Source: Pseudogymnoascus verrucosus
Lineage: Eukaryota
Strand: one strand, 5' to 3'
DNA: 40,208 bases
NCBI GenBank assembly: GCA_001662655.1
Contig: KV460285.1
Shown: piece by piece, positions 1 through 12,570 of the stretch
How the letters are laid out: each line of letters begins with the position of its first letter
Numbering within the stretch: the stretch's first letter is position 1
Made by a program: the position numbers and the translations under genes
Notes under the pieces: generated by a model
Told to the model about the DNA's origin: nothing
The model's input: the letters and a program-made list of their open reading frames with translations, nothing else
The model's database searches: none

Positions 1-6
1 AACTAA

Positions 7-1977
7 TTACTTCTTCTCCGCAAAATCCTTCGACACCATTGCATTGCAGATGGGATGGTAGAAGCCCTTGTTTGCCTCATAAGTCTTGAGGGCCAACTCC
101 CTATCTGCCGATGCAAACTTCCTGTACAACGGGCGCACAAACTTCATGCGTCCAACGCGTCCTAGCAATTCAGCGGTTGGCGCGTACGCGTTCTCATCCT
201 TGGCCAGAAGCCCGAGCTGCAGGAACCTGGCGGAGAGCTCGACGTTTCGCGTCTTGAACAGCGAATACGTGTTGCCCAATAGAGTAGTCTGGCTGGGGAG
301 AAGCGGGGACCTGGAGAAAGAAGTAAGAAGCGACTCGAGGAAGACGACAGTCTGGTTTGCGGAGAAGCCCTCGATATCCTCGGGCGAGGGCTTGAAGTTT
401 GTCGATGCAGTCCAGCGGTCAGCCAGAGCGTAGGCCTTGTCCACCAAGCTTGTGTCAAACTCTGGCTTTGGTGGCATCCCTGGCTTGTAAAACCACGCAT
501 CCCAATCAATTTCCTTCACCTTCTCCGCCGCTTGGGCATCGCCAGAAAAGAAGTTGATAAGAGTATCTTTAAACTCAAATGAGTCCAGAGACTTCTGGGC
601 CCACGTATTAAAGTAGTGAGGGATAAATTGATCGAACTTGTCCTTTCCTACTAGCTTCTCGATATAATAGAGGAAGTGGAAGCCCTTCTCGTAGGGAATG
701 GTGCTAAATGCATCATCGGGGTCAAGGCCCTTCAAGTCCGGCACAAGCTTTGTGTAGTCATGCTCGCTTCCAAAGAGATTAACTGCATCCTCCAGAGCCT
801 TCCAGCCGATGATAGCTGAAAAGTCGCGGTACGATTCCCCATGCACTGCAGCCTGGAGCCGGCGCTCCAAGTACGTCGTCCATCCCTCGTTGAGCCAGAA
901 GTGCTCCCACGCTGCTGCTGACACGAGATTTCCGCTCCAGCTGTGGCTAAGCTCGTGAGCAATCACGTCAACATTCTCGCGATCGCCACTGATAAGAGTG
1001 GGCGTTGCGAACGTGTAGACTGGGTTTTCCATACCACCATATGGGAAGCTAGCGGGGAGTACCAGGACATTGTATTGACCCCAGACATACGGAGAGATGA
1101 GTTTCTCGGCGATTTGAATGAAGTTCTCAGTATCCTTCTCTAACTCCCACTTTGATGCCTCGAGCTCCTTGGGGGAGGCGGCTACGGTGCTCCGCGGTCC
1201 GATTTGAGCTGTTGCGATATCTCCAGATGCGAGAGCAAAGAGATATGCGGTCATGGGAATGTTCTGCTTGAAGTGATAAAGCTTCGCTCCGGTCTTGGAC
1301 TTGAAGTCAACGCCTTGCTCTCCCTCAACGGGGACTCCGCTGGCAATCACGGGAAGAGTTGAGTGGATGAGGAAATCGTAGGTTGATTTCACATCTGGTG
1401 TGTCTTGGCAGGGAAACATGCTCCTTGCGTGGATGGCTTGACACTGAGAGAACATATATGGCGTGTCGCTCTTGGTTTGGGCAGGTGTGAGCCATTGCAA
1501 AGCTGTACACTTGTCGGTCGTTGAGACCTCCATTGCAAGCTCTACCACCTGGCCTTTGGACTCTCCACCTTGGATCTCAATGATCAAGGCAGAGCCAAGT
1601 GGCCCCATCCTCGGAGCAACTGACCAGCTTCCGGACTCTGCGAGTTGGCCATTGACGGTGATAGAGGTTACGTCAACGTAGCTAGTGTCAAGGATAATAG
1701 CCTTGGACTCCTTCTCAGTCAACGACTCGAGTTGCAGCGTCACTGTTCCATCGAGCTTCTGGTTCTTAAAGTCAATGAAGAGATCAGCAATGGTATGCTT
1801 CGTCGTCCAGCAGTCATAGTTGGACAGAGTGCATTGGTCACGGCGAGTCTTGCTCGCGATTTCAGTAGTAGCCATTCTTCTGATTTGGGTCTTTGGAAAT
1901 GGGGCTCGAGCAGCTGTAACCGAAATTCTAGTTGGCAATGAGGCTAGAGATCTCGTCAGGGATATCAAAAGCTTCAT
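7..1977 (-). CDS. LAP2: Leukotriene A4 hydrolase homolog / leucine aminopeptidase (peptidase M1), single exon, 656 aa
   Basis: GGMEN exopeptidase motif, HELSH-x18-E zinc site (HELSHSW...WLNEG), SQCQAIHARS, PYEKG and C-terminal VGRMKFVRPLY, all typical of LTA4H. A second in-frame ATG lies at 1875. Confidence 0.96.
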   Translation of the reverse strand: MKLLISLTRSLASLPTRISVTAARAPFPKTQIRRMATTEIASKTRRDQCTLSNYDCWTTKHTIADLFIDFKNQKLDGTVTLQLESLTEKESKAIILDTSYVDVTSITVNGQLAESGSWSVAPRMGPLGSALIIEIQGGESKGQVVELAMEVSTTDKCTALQWLTPAQTKSDTPYMFSQCQAIHARSMFPCQDTPDVKSTYDFLIHSTLPVIASGVPVEGEQGVDFKSKTGAKLYHFKQNIPMTAYLFALASGDIATAQIGPRSTVAASPKELEASKWELEKDTENFIQIAEKLISPYVWGQYNVLVLPASFPYGGMENPVYTFATPTLISGDRENVDVIAHELSHSWSGNLVSAAAWEHFWLNEGWTTYLERRLQAAVHGESYRDFSAIIGWKALEDAVNLFGSEHDYTKLVPDLKGLDPDDAFSTIPYEKGFHFLYYIEKLVGKDKFDQFIPHYFNTWAQKSLDSFEFKDTLINFFSGDAQAAEKVKEIDWDAWFYKPGMPPKPEFDTSLVDKAYALADRWTASTNFKPSPEDIEGFSANQTVVFLESLLTSFSRSPLLPSQTTLLGNTYSLFKTRNVELSARFLQLGLLAKDENAYAPTAELLGRVGRMKFVRPLYRKFASADRELALKTYEANKGFYHPICNAMVSKDFAEKK

Positions 1978-2655
1978 GGAAACAAGCCCTAACCCTTCCT
2001 AATGAGTGTTTTGTAAGTTTTTGGTGACTGTTTTTAGTGACTGTTATCACCGATACGGAAGGTGGTCGTTGATTCTTGTGGTCCATTTCGACGGCTTGTC
2101 TCGGCTTATTGGCTGGCGAGTTGGTGCCTCAGAATTGAGGTCTTTTCGTAGTATACATCTGTCATTGGCGTCAAAATCTACCACAAAACAGGTCTATGTG
2201 GAATCACCAAATACTCATCTAAGCTGCACGTATTCGTATTTTCATATTTTCTATCATATTCGAAAAATATCCCAGCGATGGTACTGATTAGTTAAGTTCC
2301 CTCTTTTGGTAGGTTGACCAGCGGACGTGGACTTGTCCATCCTCTCCCTCATCACATCAACCTTTTACTTCTCCCGTTTCATACCCCGAACTCTTGTTTC
2401 CATTCATTTTAAACGTCTAACGCCGGCAAGTTGTTTCCCGAGCTATCTCGTCACGGCGATGCTTGTTTTCAATATTACACGACACAGCCAGGAGCCGCGC
2501 ATGGCTAGCAATTTGAGACGCGAATTGCGGGATTCCTCCCTCCCGGCCACATGGCTCGTCGCACGGTAGTTGTGTGATGCTAAAGCGAGCACCACGTTCT
2601 GGTTTATCTACCATAACGATGATCTACTTGGCACGAGCGTTTCACATCAGCTTCA

Positions 2656-2701
2656 ATGTTTGACTCGGGGATATCAGTGGCGAGTTCCCCGAGTCAAACA
2701 T
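2656..2701. repeat. Perfect 16-bp inverted repeat with 14-nt loop
   Basis: atgtttgactcgggga (2656-2671) and tccccgagtcaaacat (2686-2701) are exact reverse complements. Confidence 0.9.
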
Positions 2702-5700
2702 CCTGTTAACATCAGATCCAAATATTGCTACTGCTTGGCAGATCGCAGATCGGGAATTTTTGGTAGAGCAGCGAGAAGTTGCCTTGCATCGTGAAACAAG
2801 GGGATGCGATAGTCGTTCAGCGCTGGCTCCGGCAGTGAAGACTACCGACAGCTGATCGAGGATCATTGACTGAGTGATGCGTATCCAGCTTCTTAATGAT
2901 CAACCGATACTCTACCCTTATTGAACCACTTCACACAACATGCAGGAGTTTCCTTACTCCGCAGTTGATCACTTTGATAGAATTCGCGGCCGTCAGACGT
3001 TTGCTTCCGTATCCTGGCCAATGGTGTGACTACAGCCTGGCTCTTATATGTTCTGTTATACGCAGGGAAGCTTTTGGCCAGCCACCAGAATGCAACGGCC
3101 AAGTGCTTGCATGATCTTACTGAGCAAAGATCAGATTGCAAAATGGTACTCTAGGTGCCGATGAGAAATTACATTGCAACCCCCTTGGGATTTTCCCCAC
3201 CACAAATGTTCAGAGATACATCTCTTTGACCTCTTCCCGACAAGACAAGTTGGGGCGGGAAGGGCGGGGTCTCGAGCGGGACGGCTTTGGTTACTGAGTT
3301 CAGCCTGGGTCCATACAAAAGACGTTACGTTCAAGATACGAGATATTGGTACCCGCTGGCTCTATGCTGAATTGTGACAATAAGCTCCATGGACCAGAAA
3401 AACCATGGATCAACTCTTGCGACACACTATGTTTTATCTGCGCCAGCAAGTAATTGGAATCACCAAATAAGCTGCCAGAGTCTATAGCGAACTGATGGGG
3501 AAGCTTGGGCTCTATGATAGCTCCGACCCGTGGCACCATGCACTGGGTAATATTCCGCCCTTGGTTTAATATGTCGACCGACTTTGATCGTTTGAGGGCG
3601 TGCTGTTCATGAACGTGGTTGGAGGGCCTTATTACTGTGCTCCAAAGCCATGACATGGTAATCCCCGTGAGGGGCTCGAGTGATGTATCTGACGAAACCA
3701 AAACCCCTCCAAGGCTCCCGCTCATGAAGGGCAGCCTCCAATCACGCAAGGGAGGCTGCCCGAACTGATAATCAAGTCCGATGGCTATGAGTGCATCTCT
3801 TTGAGAAGCACGCTTTTCTATTGAATCATGTGCCACATATGAGCTGCCTCAATGAGCACATCGCATCAGTGTGTGTGCGGGATGCTCTGAAGATCGATCA
3901 GGCGGTCATTGAAATTCAGCGGGTGAAATATCGTGAGGGCCGTGCTTTGCATACATGGACGGGATTGCCGAAGGGGTCGATGCGTTGCGTTGCTTTGAGA
4001 GCTTGATCAACCCTCCAGTTCAAACCAATGGATTGTCCGATGCCGCAGCTGCCCTTGTTGATCTTGAATAGAGGCAGTAGGGAGCAACATCACAAAATTT
4101 ACTCTCACATACTTGATTGCTCATTTTCCGCGTGTTCTTTGCATTTTACGAGTGAGGGTGGGGGAGGAGGTGGCCACTCTGCCCCGCTTCTTGCCAAGCC
4201 TCATACACAACTTGACACAATACCAAGTGAAGCACAGATGGTTATTTTGTGCATCTTCGTTCATGGGTGTATATCACAGTAGCACTTATCGATTGGCGGG
4301 GACTTAGCTGACTCTACTGCCGTGGCCAAGGACAAAAGGAAAAAAAGGTCGGATGAAACCGCACAGATTTCCGAGCTCTTGTAGAGAAGACGCGGCTCGC
4401 AAGACAGGGCTGAGGTCTTCACCTCCTTCATCAAGCAATATGATAAGATTATGAAGGGATTTCCTCAATGGTGTCTAACTCGGACATCGTCCGACTGGAT
4501 GGCAGTCTAACCTAATATTACCACGTGTGACCTGACCACGTTTTTTCGTCAAAGTATACTGGATACACTTAGATCAAGTCATACTGCACGCACATCGTGA
4601 GCATTTGTTCATGGACTTCGAAGCCATTGCATCTACCATGTTGACAAGATCAAGATTCTAGTAACAGGAAAGTAACGACAGAGTCTCGAGTATGTTTTGT
4701 GCTGCTTGAAACTTCGTTTTAAAACCGAACTCTCCATGAATTCGTTCCACGCCAAGCAGTTCCGTTTCATCTGATCTATATGCGTGCCCAACACACACCG
4801 CAGGAACATGCAGTTCACGGGCACGAAAATGGCCCGAGCGCGTGCTGCGGAGGTTTCGAAAAGTGGTGACTGACCAACCCCTCTCCATGACCCTGCAGTA
4901 GAAGCAGGCAAGGATACGAGCATCGGTACGAGGAACGATGGCAACTCTTCACGAGAAGGCTGGGGCGCATACGCGCATACGACACTTAGTAGGATGTAGT
5001 ATAAAGCATGGTTTGCATCGACCAAAAAATGGCCCTAAATGGGTTCCTCCGTCCCGCCGCACATATGCAGGTGCCACTATTGTTGCTGTGCATGAATGAA
5101 CGGCCACTGTCACGCATCCTCTCTAGGAGCTATGATCATCCTCTGATTGAAGGCATTCGGGTTGTGACCCTGCGTCCGCCCGAGCCGTATCACACCATGT
5201 GCCATCCATGCTCCTGGAGGATTTCTTACGCTCACATTGAGAAACGTGCGCGATTACTCGACCCAGAGGATATTACCTGTCTGACTGAGCAATTGGGTTG
5301 AATATATTGTTGGGGTTTCATGAGGAAGAAAAGTTGCTACCCGGGTGAAAGCTACTGTTGGATTTGCGGGGGATTCTTTGGAATCGCCAACTGCTTCACC
5401 AGATGAGAGAGGCGCGTAGAATAGGCCAGCTTGAAGCAATCGGAATGGAAAGGGGGCATAACCTCTAAAATTAGTCCCCAATGACGAGCAAAATCCAGCG
5501 TCTCGGGTCGCGCGCGCCTTTAGCATGGGAATCCTCATTGCCTGGATGCAACCACTCAACACCTACATTATCTGCCATCAGCGTAACGCTTCCTATCTTC
5601 GTGTTTTCGAATGGGCGGCTTGCTTTTCAGATGGGAACCCACACTTTTTCGAGCCCCTAGAAGCCCGCTACCGCAAGTCCAGATCTTCTAGTCTGGCCAT

Positions 5701-6507
5701 TAGCCTAAGATGGCTTGGGAAGGTCACTTCCCAGCGCTCAGGTGCTGTAACGGCGGCAGAGATTCTGTACGATACCCAGGTCAACGGCCCGTTTCTCAGA
5801 GCTCAAAGTGGGCAGAGCTGGACTTTTGGTAGTATTCAACTTCCGTTTGCTCCTGTTCGCACAGGGGTAAATGTCTGTGCAGAAACATTAACCGAGTTCG
5901 CTCCTCCTCATGAGTGGATAGCTCGGATGGCATCCTAGTGCTGCCCATGCATATAGCAGGGAAGAAACGACCACTGCGACCGACCTTTACGCCTGTCACG
6001 GTCTTGGCGGGCGTCCCAGCGTACCTTAGTCACATCCACCGAGTTTCACATGTCTCATCTCTAACGATTTCACTCTTCCCGTCATCGACCAATGCCCCGC
6101 TCGCCACCATTTCTATACCCTAAACGGTAGGCTTCCCGTCCAAATGTCGGCGGAACAGCGCCTGGAACCGTAGCGTAGATGCTAGGGCGTCCGGGGAAGA
6201 GAAGTTTGGTCTCCTATCCCGGACATATATCAAAACAGGGTTGGTTATATATGGGTGTTTATACTGGTAAGCAGGGTCTGATCGCGGACCTGCCAGTCAT
6301 TATCTTCGCCACATATTAAGGTCTCAATCTCAGTTGTGGGATTGAAACCTCGCTGCGGAATATGTGACGGTAGACAGTGGGGTGTCTCTGTTTCGTCGAT
6401 TTATATTACGACTTATGCTATATAGCCTTTAATACTGTTTTATATGCCCTTTCTGCCTTTATCTGGAGCAGCGTCTTCCCAACTTGCAGGAGGTATCAGC
6501 CTCAAAT

Positions 6508-8810
6508 ATGGCTCATATTGCCGACTTAATGATCGACCCCGCCTCGATGCTGGCATCAAATAAATTCTCGTCGCGAGAGTCGTCACCGCACACTACCTAT
6601 GAACGAGTGAGAATTCCGCAGAATCTACCACTACAATCCTAACCTTCGATAGAGCCAAACGCCAGAAAGAGGACTTATAGACGGAAAGGAAAAGGATAAA
6701 TATGTGTGGAGAATGCACCAACCATCCCAACCACCCAGATACCAGCTATTTCCGAGTTCGAGTCAGGAGAAACTCGCCATAACCACCACTCTCGGTCGCA
6801 AGACTCCTGAACTGGACCAAACATTACCAAATGCCACGACAGCTAAGGGGAACGCGGCGGAAGGGCCCAGCCCTACTAATGGCTTGAAGAGGGAGCCAAG
6901 TCTCGGGAGACGACGAAAGCCCAGCGTGACGGATTTGGGACACATGGCAACGGTCCAGGAGGTTGCGATGGATTCCCGTAAGCTGCTTGGTTCCTTATAA
7001 AGCATTTGTTACTGACGAACGTTAGCAACTATTCCAGGGAGGTTTCCTGTACACGAGCGTTCAATCAGCGCCCCAGGAGAGCCAAGCTGGAGGCAACACG
7101 TCTTTGGGGAGTCAATGTTCTCTGCCATCGAAGGGCCAGTAGTGGACATCGAGCAGCGCCGTGTCTCGAGAATACAGCTCCAGCGCCGCAATTCTGCTTC
7201 ACCGAGCTCTAAGATGCACTCTAGGCTTGGTAATAGGCTGGCTCCTCTTATAATCCCAACAACTAATATGAATGACTCGCCCGAAAGAGATACATTCCCC
7301 AAGAGAGTTCTCAACAGGCTAAGTGAGCAGAGCTCCCTCAGCGACACTCCGCCAGAAGTGCCACCAAAGTCAGCACGGATGCTGCCCGAAGCGTCTCCTC
7401 AGTCCGGGCTGGCTTCATCAGTACCTTCGTTACCTTCTGCTGTTCCAACCGTAACTCCATTCACACCATTCACTCCGATGTCCGATTTCTCAGCGTCTAC
7501 TGCAAGTTTGGTGCCTCTAAAGCTTGCTCCTGTAACAAGCACTTCTTCTCCTCAAGCCCAGGGCCGAGCATCGCCAGCACCAAAGGGGACCCGTAAGCCA
7601 AGCCCAACTCCAAGGAACCATACCAGAGGCCTCTCGGAGTCATCGTCATTTTCCGCCGTGACTAGACCAGGCCATAGGCGCACAGAATCAGAAGCTTCAA
7701 TTATGGACCGTGGACGGCCAAAGAAGCGCGCGGATGGATCATCTATCAAAAGCGCCACTACGAAGGCAAGCGAGCAGAGGGCTTTTATCACATTACCCAC
7801 CGGTGTCAAAGCTTCTGATGCGTCGTCGAAGTTCTCACCGCAAGATATCGAAGCTCTAAGGCACCAGGCCCAAGGCCAAGCTGCGCAATTCGAAGTTTTA
7901 GCTTCAAAGGATGTAGGGGATTTATCAAGGGTGAGCTCGCATTTGTTACCTCGTATTATGAAGTCATCGACTAACATCTCTCTAGGAACTCCGTGCTCTT
8001 GATGAACGCTGCGAGTATCTCCGTCGGACTCACCGATCTCTCCGGTCTGGCCGCCGCAACCTCCATGACCGCATCTGCAGCTACCTCCGGTCACCACGTG
8101 TTGCGCGCTTCTCGCATGATGCCATCTTAAAACAGGAAGAGGCGCTCTCGGAGCTAGACGCCAGCATCGATGATTGGGTATCGAAGCTGGAGTATGCGGA
8201 GAACCGCCGGACGCGTGTTCGACAAAAGCTTCTCGAACATGTTGCTGCCGCCTTGATGATGCCCTCTCAGAGCAATGAGACAGATAACAAAAATGTACCC
8301 GAATATGAAGCTATAAATATCCTACAATCCCTCGCGACAGCCGACCATACACCACCGAGGTCGCCCACTAAGGCGCTGTCACCGTCGCCAATTATTAACC
8401 CGTCGAAACGACGTGCATCGCCCGAGCCAGAAGCTCCAGCCCGCCTTGCGCGCCCAGTGCCACCTCAGCTATTGACATCGCCTCCTCCACCACACACGCT
8501 AGAGAACGAGCCATTTGGCGAACGGCATAGAGATAGTCACAGTACGGCAGGGAGACCGAGTGCCGAGAGCATCCGCATCTATGCCGACTCAGATGTATAC
8601 GCACTACTTGCAGACGTCGAGCAAGAGATACACAGGATGGGTCAAGGTTGTATAGAGGAGGAGGTTTTACTATCGCAGATGAAGTACGAGGCACCGCCGA
8701 GGTGCGAAACGCCCAAGAGTGGAACTTCGAGGAGCGGGACACCGACCGGGATAGAGAGAATGAAGGGGCTGGTGAAGGAGCAGTTGAGAGTTGCGGGATT
8801 GGTTGGCTAA
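6508..8810 (+). CDS. Up-regulated-during-septation (Uds1) domain coiled-coil protein, ~717 aa; join(6508..6606,6653..6977,7026..7930,7986..8810)
   Basis: Three GT-AG introns (gtgaga..cctaac..tag; gtaagc..ctgac..tag; gtgagc..ctaac..tag) join ORFs 6704, 7115 and 8253 in frame. The spliced product contains FEVLASKDVGDLSRELRALDERCEYLRRTHRSLRSGRRNLH...KLEYAENRRTRVRQKLLEHVAAAL, which I recognise as the Uds1 domain. Confidence 0.85.
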
Positions 8811-9667
8811 TTAGAGAGGAGGAATATTCTAGACGATGGCGACGATTATTTACGATTTCGATGTACGTTGAGACAAGCACGCGCGACATGCGAATCACGG
8901 CGATTACGATATGCCTTTGCCGGCGCCGAAACGACGGCCTTTCTTTTCTTGGTCTACTTTAAACCTTTTACCATGGCTTCCATGCTCTCGCGAGTGTAGT
9001 TTGCTTATATACCTTCTGGCGTGCGCCACACTTTTTTTCATTTAACGGTCTTGGGTTGGTGTTATGGGTTGAGGGGTTTGGGAGGTCTAAATTTGTTCAA
9101 GAGCCTGCAATTTAAGAATCTACAATTTGTCTTTGACTATGCAAAATCTACATATTAAAGCCTTCGGCTTCTTTACTTGTATTCGTGACAGTACAAACCG
9201 TTGTAGAAACGAAACAACCCTGTCGAAGTTTCAGATTGTATTGACAAAGGGGCAGGTATCCGAGCGAGAACTTTCCTGCTCGGTAGATGAAGTTGGGCTG
9301 GGAACTTATTACATAAATTCTAAAATAACCAGTGTTGTAGCACGAGGACTAAAGTCTTTTTGGCCTTAGTGCCGTCATGTAGGTGATGATATTATATATG
9401 GTTCTGTGGTAAGAGATGTCGCCATGCAAGAAATACATTCCGGAGAATTGCGAGGCATTAGGTTTTACCGTCGCAGAAAACGTGCTATTTTGTATGGATA
9501 TCAAAGCTCATGTATTTAGCAAGTTTTCACTTTTCGTCCTATCCTTCTAATGCCCATATGGTTTTATGACATCAATGCCGCCAAATGATGCTTTCATCAA
9601 GACTCCGCATCAATCATTAATTCCAAGCAATGCCATGCCATCCGTAGTATGTCCTTCCCGCTCAAAT

Positions 9668-11427
9668 CTAACAGCGGACTTCAACTCCACCTCTGCTCAC
9701 AGAGAGATATTTAACCCCTTTGTACGGCTTTACTCCATCACCCAACCCCCTGCTCTTTCTTGAGTCTATAACCAGACTATCGACCTTCAGGCCACTCGCC
9801 AACCACCCCTTAATCCCAAAACTAACCCTCGCACTTGTCGGCATAAGCAGCTTATTCCTCGCCACTGTTTTGTCATCCTTCTCTTTAACTTTCTCGGCAT
9901 CCACCTCGGCGGCCCTTGGCGAGGATGCACCCGCAGCTTGGTACCCCTCAGTTTCGTCATATTGCTCAAATGTAAACGCATTACTGCTTCCCTCGTCATC
10001 GTCGTCAAAATTTCCTACCACAGAACAACGCAAAGTAGCTGTTCCTGCACCAGCCTCCTTGATCGGTATATGCCACTCCAATGTTTTAGCACCAGGTGCA
10101 TACGTGGTATCGCCCCTGGATGCCCTGATCTCACTCAAATTGCGTACATCAACTGGAATAGGTACCGTGAGTGTCAGACCCTCCAAGTTCGATTTCGGTG
10201 TGCTCCCGCCACTACCAAAGGCCGAACCGGATGTTGATCCGCCGAGGCGGGAGGACCTTGCTCCCAAAGAGGAGATGGATGAGTTGCTCTGACCAGGCCC
10301 TGGTGGGGGAGAAAGTAGCAGCCGTACTTCGAATTCCGAGCCAGTCGGTCCAAGGGATGTTTTGACTTCGATGGAGACAGGGAGCTTGAGGTTGGTGTTG
10401 CTTGACGAGCTGGTGAGGGAACTCGTAGGCAGGGGAAGGAGGTTAACTTCGTATCCCGCAAGGATAAACCTCCCATCTGGGGGGACGAAGCTCAGTTCGC
10501 CTGGGTTGCTCCTCCAATGTGCTAATCTTACGCACGGGTGAAAGACCGGCAGTTCCATTGTGCTGTCGATATTGTGCCTCCCAGAGGGCGAAGAGAGCGA
10601 TAAGAGGACATCCGGCACGCCGGAGACCTTAGCAGTAAATGCGATTGATCCTGTGGCAAAGGCCGAAAGGGGCCGCCCAGATGGCGCTATTATCACAGAC
10701 AGAGTTTCCACTATGTCGACGTAAAGTTCGTTGGATGTGTGTTTGACGTTTGCTCGTCGCCAGGGAAGTGCTGGAGTGGAGGTGGGGCCGAGAGAAGATA
10801 TTCCTGGCATTTGAGTCGGGGTATTCGAAGAAAACGGCGCATTTCTGGAGAACTAGTTAGTATATTCCTCATATAATGACAGTTTGAGGGCCATTTCACC
10901 CTGGAAGATTTATGCCACCAAGGAACTTGCCGATCCAGCCTTCTACTTCCACGAGATCCCGGAGCGCATTCCCCTCTGTGGTCGACACCACGCCAGTGTC
11001 ACACATCTCGTTGAGAAGTTGCGCGACAACATCGTAGCTGCTTTCAATCTTGCTTGCTAGTAATGGCGTCCCTAGAAATTCTTCAAACACGTCTATGACC
11101 CGGTGTAGAAACTCGAGGGCGAGGAGAGGCTCGATCTCGGACGAGGTTGTGAGGAGGAAGAGGAGGTTCGCATGTGACAGGTTGAAAAGTAGCGTGGGGG
11201 GGTTTGTATTTGGTAGATATATTAGTGACGGTCGAGGTTCGGGGTGTGCAAGATATAGAGGAAGCAACTGTGAGGGCGAGAGTGGGCGACCAGTGTAGGT
11301 ATGCGACAGGAGGGGACGGCTGTATGAGAGTCAGTTCTGCGAGGAAAGGGAGGCTGGAAGCTGGCAGAAGATGAACAACTTACTGGTGATCTTCAAAGAT
11401 ATGGAGAGCCTCAATAACACCACTCAT
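9668..11427 (-). CDS. APM3: AP-3 adaptor complex subunit mu, ~546 aa; complement(join(9668..10844,10900..11319,11384..11427))
   Basis: Longin-like N-terminus (EPLLALEFLHRVIDVFEEFLG...QLLNEMCDTG) and mu-homology domain (PWRRANVKHTSNELYVDIVE, FHPCVRL, LSFVPPDGRFILAGY, KPYKGVKY). Introns 11320-11383 and 10845-10899 restore the frame. Confidence 0.92.
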
Positions 11428-11667
11428 CCTTGGTGACGGGGAGAGTTTCCAGGGACTCTTGGTCGTGCGCGAACGTGGAATAATGATGTCTCGACTTGGA
11501 GCTCCACAGTATATCTGACGTGGGGTTCCTGGCGCGGCCGCATCCCGCCCAAGCTATACTGCCGATCCCCATTTTTGTCGCCCATGGACAGTCCTGAATC
11601 GCATCAACACCACCATCGCCAACCTCACCAGCTCTACACTTTCTCAAGTTCGACACATTGTGCCACG

Positions 11668-11976
11668 ATGTTCAATAAATCCAACCCAGTTATCCCACCT
11701 GTTGCCTCTCTCGAGCGCCCGGAACCCTTAACAACTGTGCTGGCGAACGATAAGGAGGAATTCCGCGACGACTGTACGCCCTGTCGAGTAACTGGAGCTG
11801 CAGCATTTGCTGGACTCGGTATCTACAGTTACTATTCTGGCCACGCACAGCTACTGGCCCAGAAGCAGGCAATTGCAAAAAGTGGGAGCATATTCGGGTT
11901 AAAGAGCAGGCAGACTGGAATTACCGGCATCGCGATTACTCTTGTCGGAATGGGGCTTTGGAGATTAGTCAACTAG
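11668..11976 (+). CDS. Small two-TM CxxC protein, DUF4536/DMAC1-like (probably mitochondrial), 102 aa
   Basis: ATG at 11668 (ccacgATG). DDCTPCRVTGAAAFAGLGIYSYY is followed by a second hydrophobic helix ending GLWRLVN, the pattern of the DUF4536 family. Divergent from APM3, 240 bp between the ATGs. Confidence 0.8.
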   Translation: MFNKSNPVIPPVASLERPEPLTTVLANDKEEFRDDCTPCRVTGAAAFAGLGIYSYYSGHAQLLAQKQAIAKSGSIFGLKSRQTGITGIAITLVGMGLWRLVN

Positions 11977-12570
11977 ACAACTTGGACATGGCTAGGGACA
12001 ATACCAATTCAAGGGAATACAAGCCTTTGCGGGTAAATGCTGGAAGTTATTGAACTGGTCAGGATGGGCCGATGGACAAACTCAACTCAACCAGCCAGTT
12101 GGCTTAAGGTTTACCTACTCAGTAATCAGAGCTGTTGCCGAACGGGATTGCTCGACAGCCAATCTTGCACTTTCTTCAATAAAGGCGCGAAGACGGGGTT
12201 AGCGCAAGCTTTTGCGCTGTTGGAGATGTCCGAGATGAACGACACCTGGCAAAGGCTTCGATGAGCATCGCAATGGAACTTGAAAGCTCGGGTTTATTGG
12301 ACGTATAAATACCTGGATACGGCTGCTGCTTTCGAAGTCATGGCGCAAGGGAGAGAGCTGGGGTGTGAAGATATGTGTAATTGTATAATGAGAAACCGGC
12401 CTGGGGAGCTTGTAAAATATTTAGACGGACACCCGGAGTGTACATGACATGAATCATTTTGAATACCTATCCCAATCGAACATAACTTGCGCCATGCTTG
12501 CTCATTGATATCATTGCAGTACGCTAGTGGAAGCCTTCGAAAACTGCCCAAGGTCTGATCTATATTCCTC

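Noticed and set aside
1987..1995. CCCTAACCC as a telomerase RNA template or telomeric repeat
   Set aside because: Only 1.5 repeats, located in the LTA4H 5' leader, with no supporting pseudoknot or array seen.
3300..3836. 178-aa minus-strand ORF
   Set aside because: No recognisable motif, no clear codon bias or splice partners; treated as a probable chance ORF.
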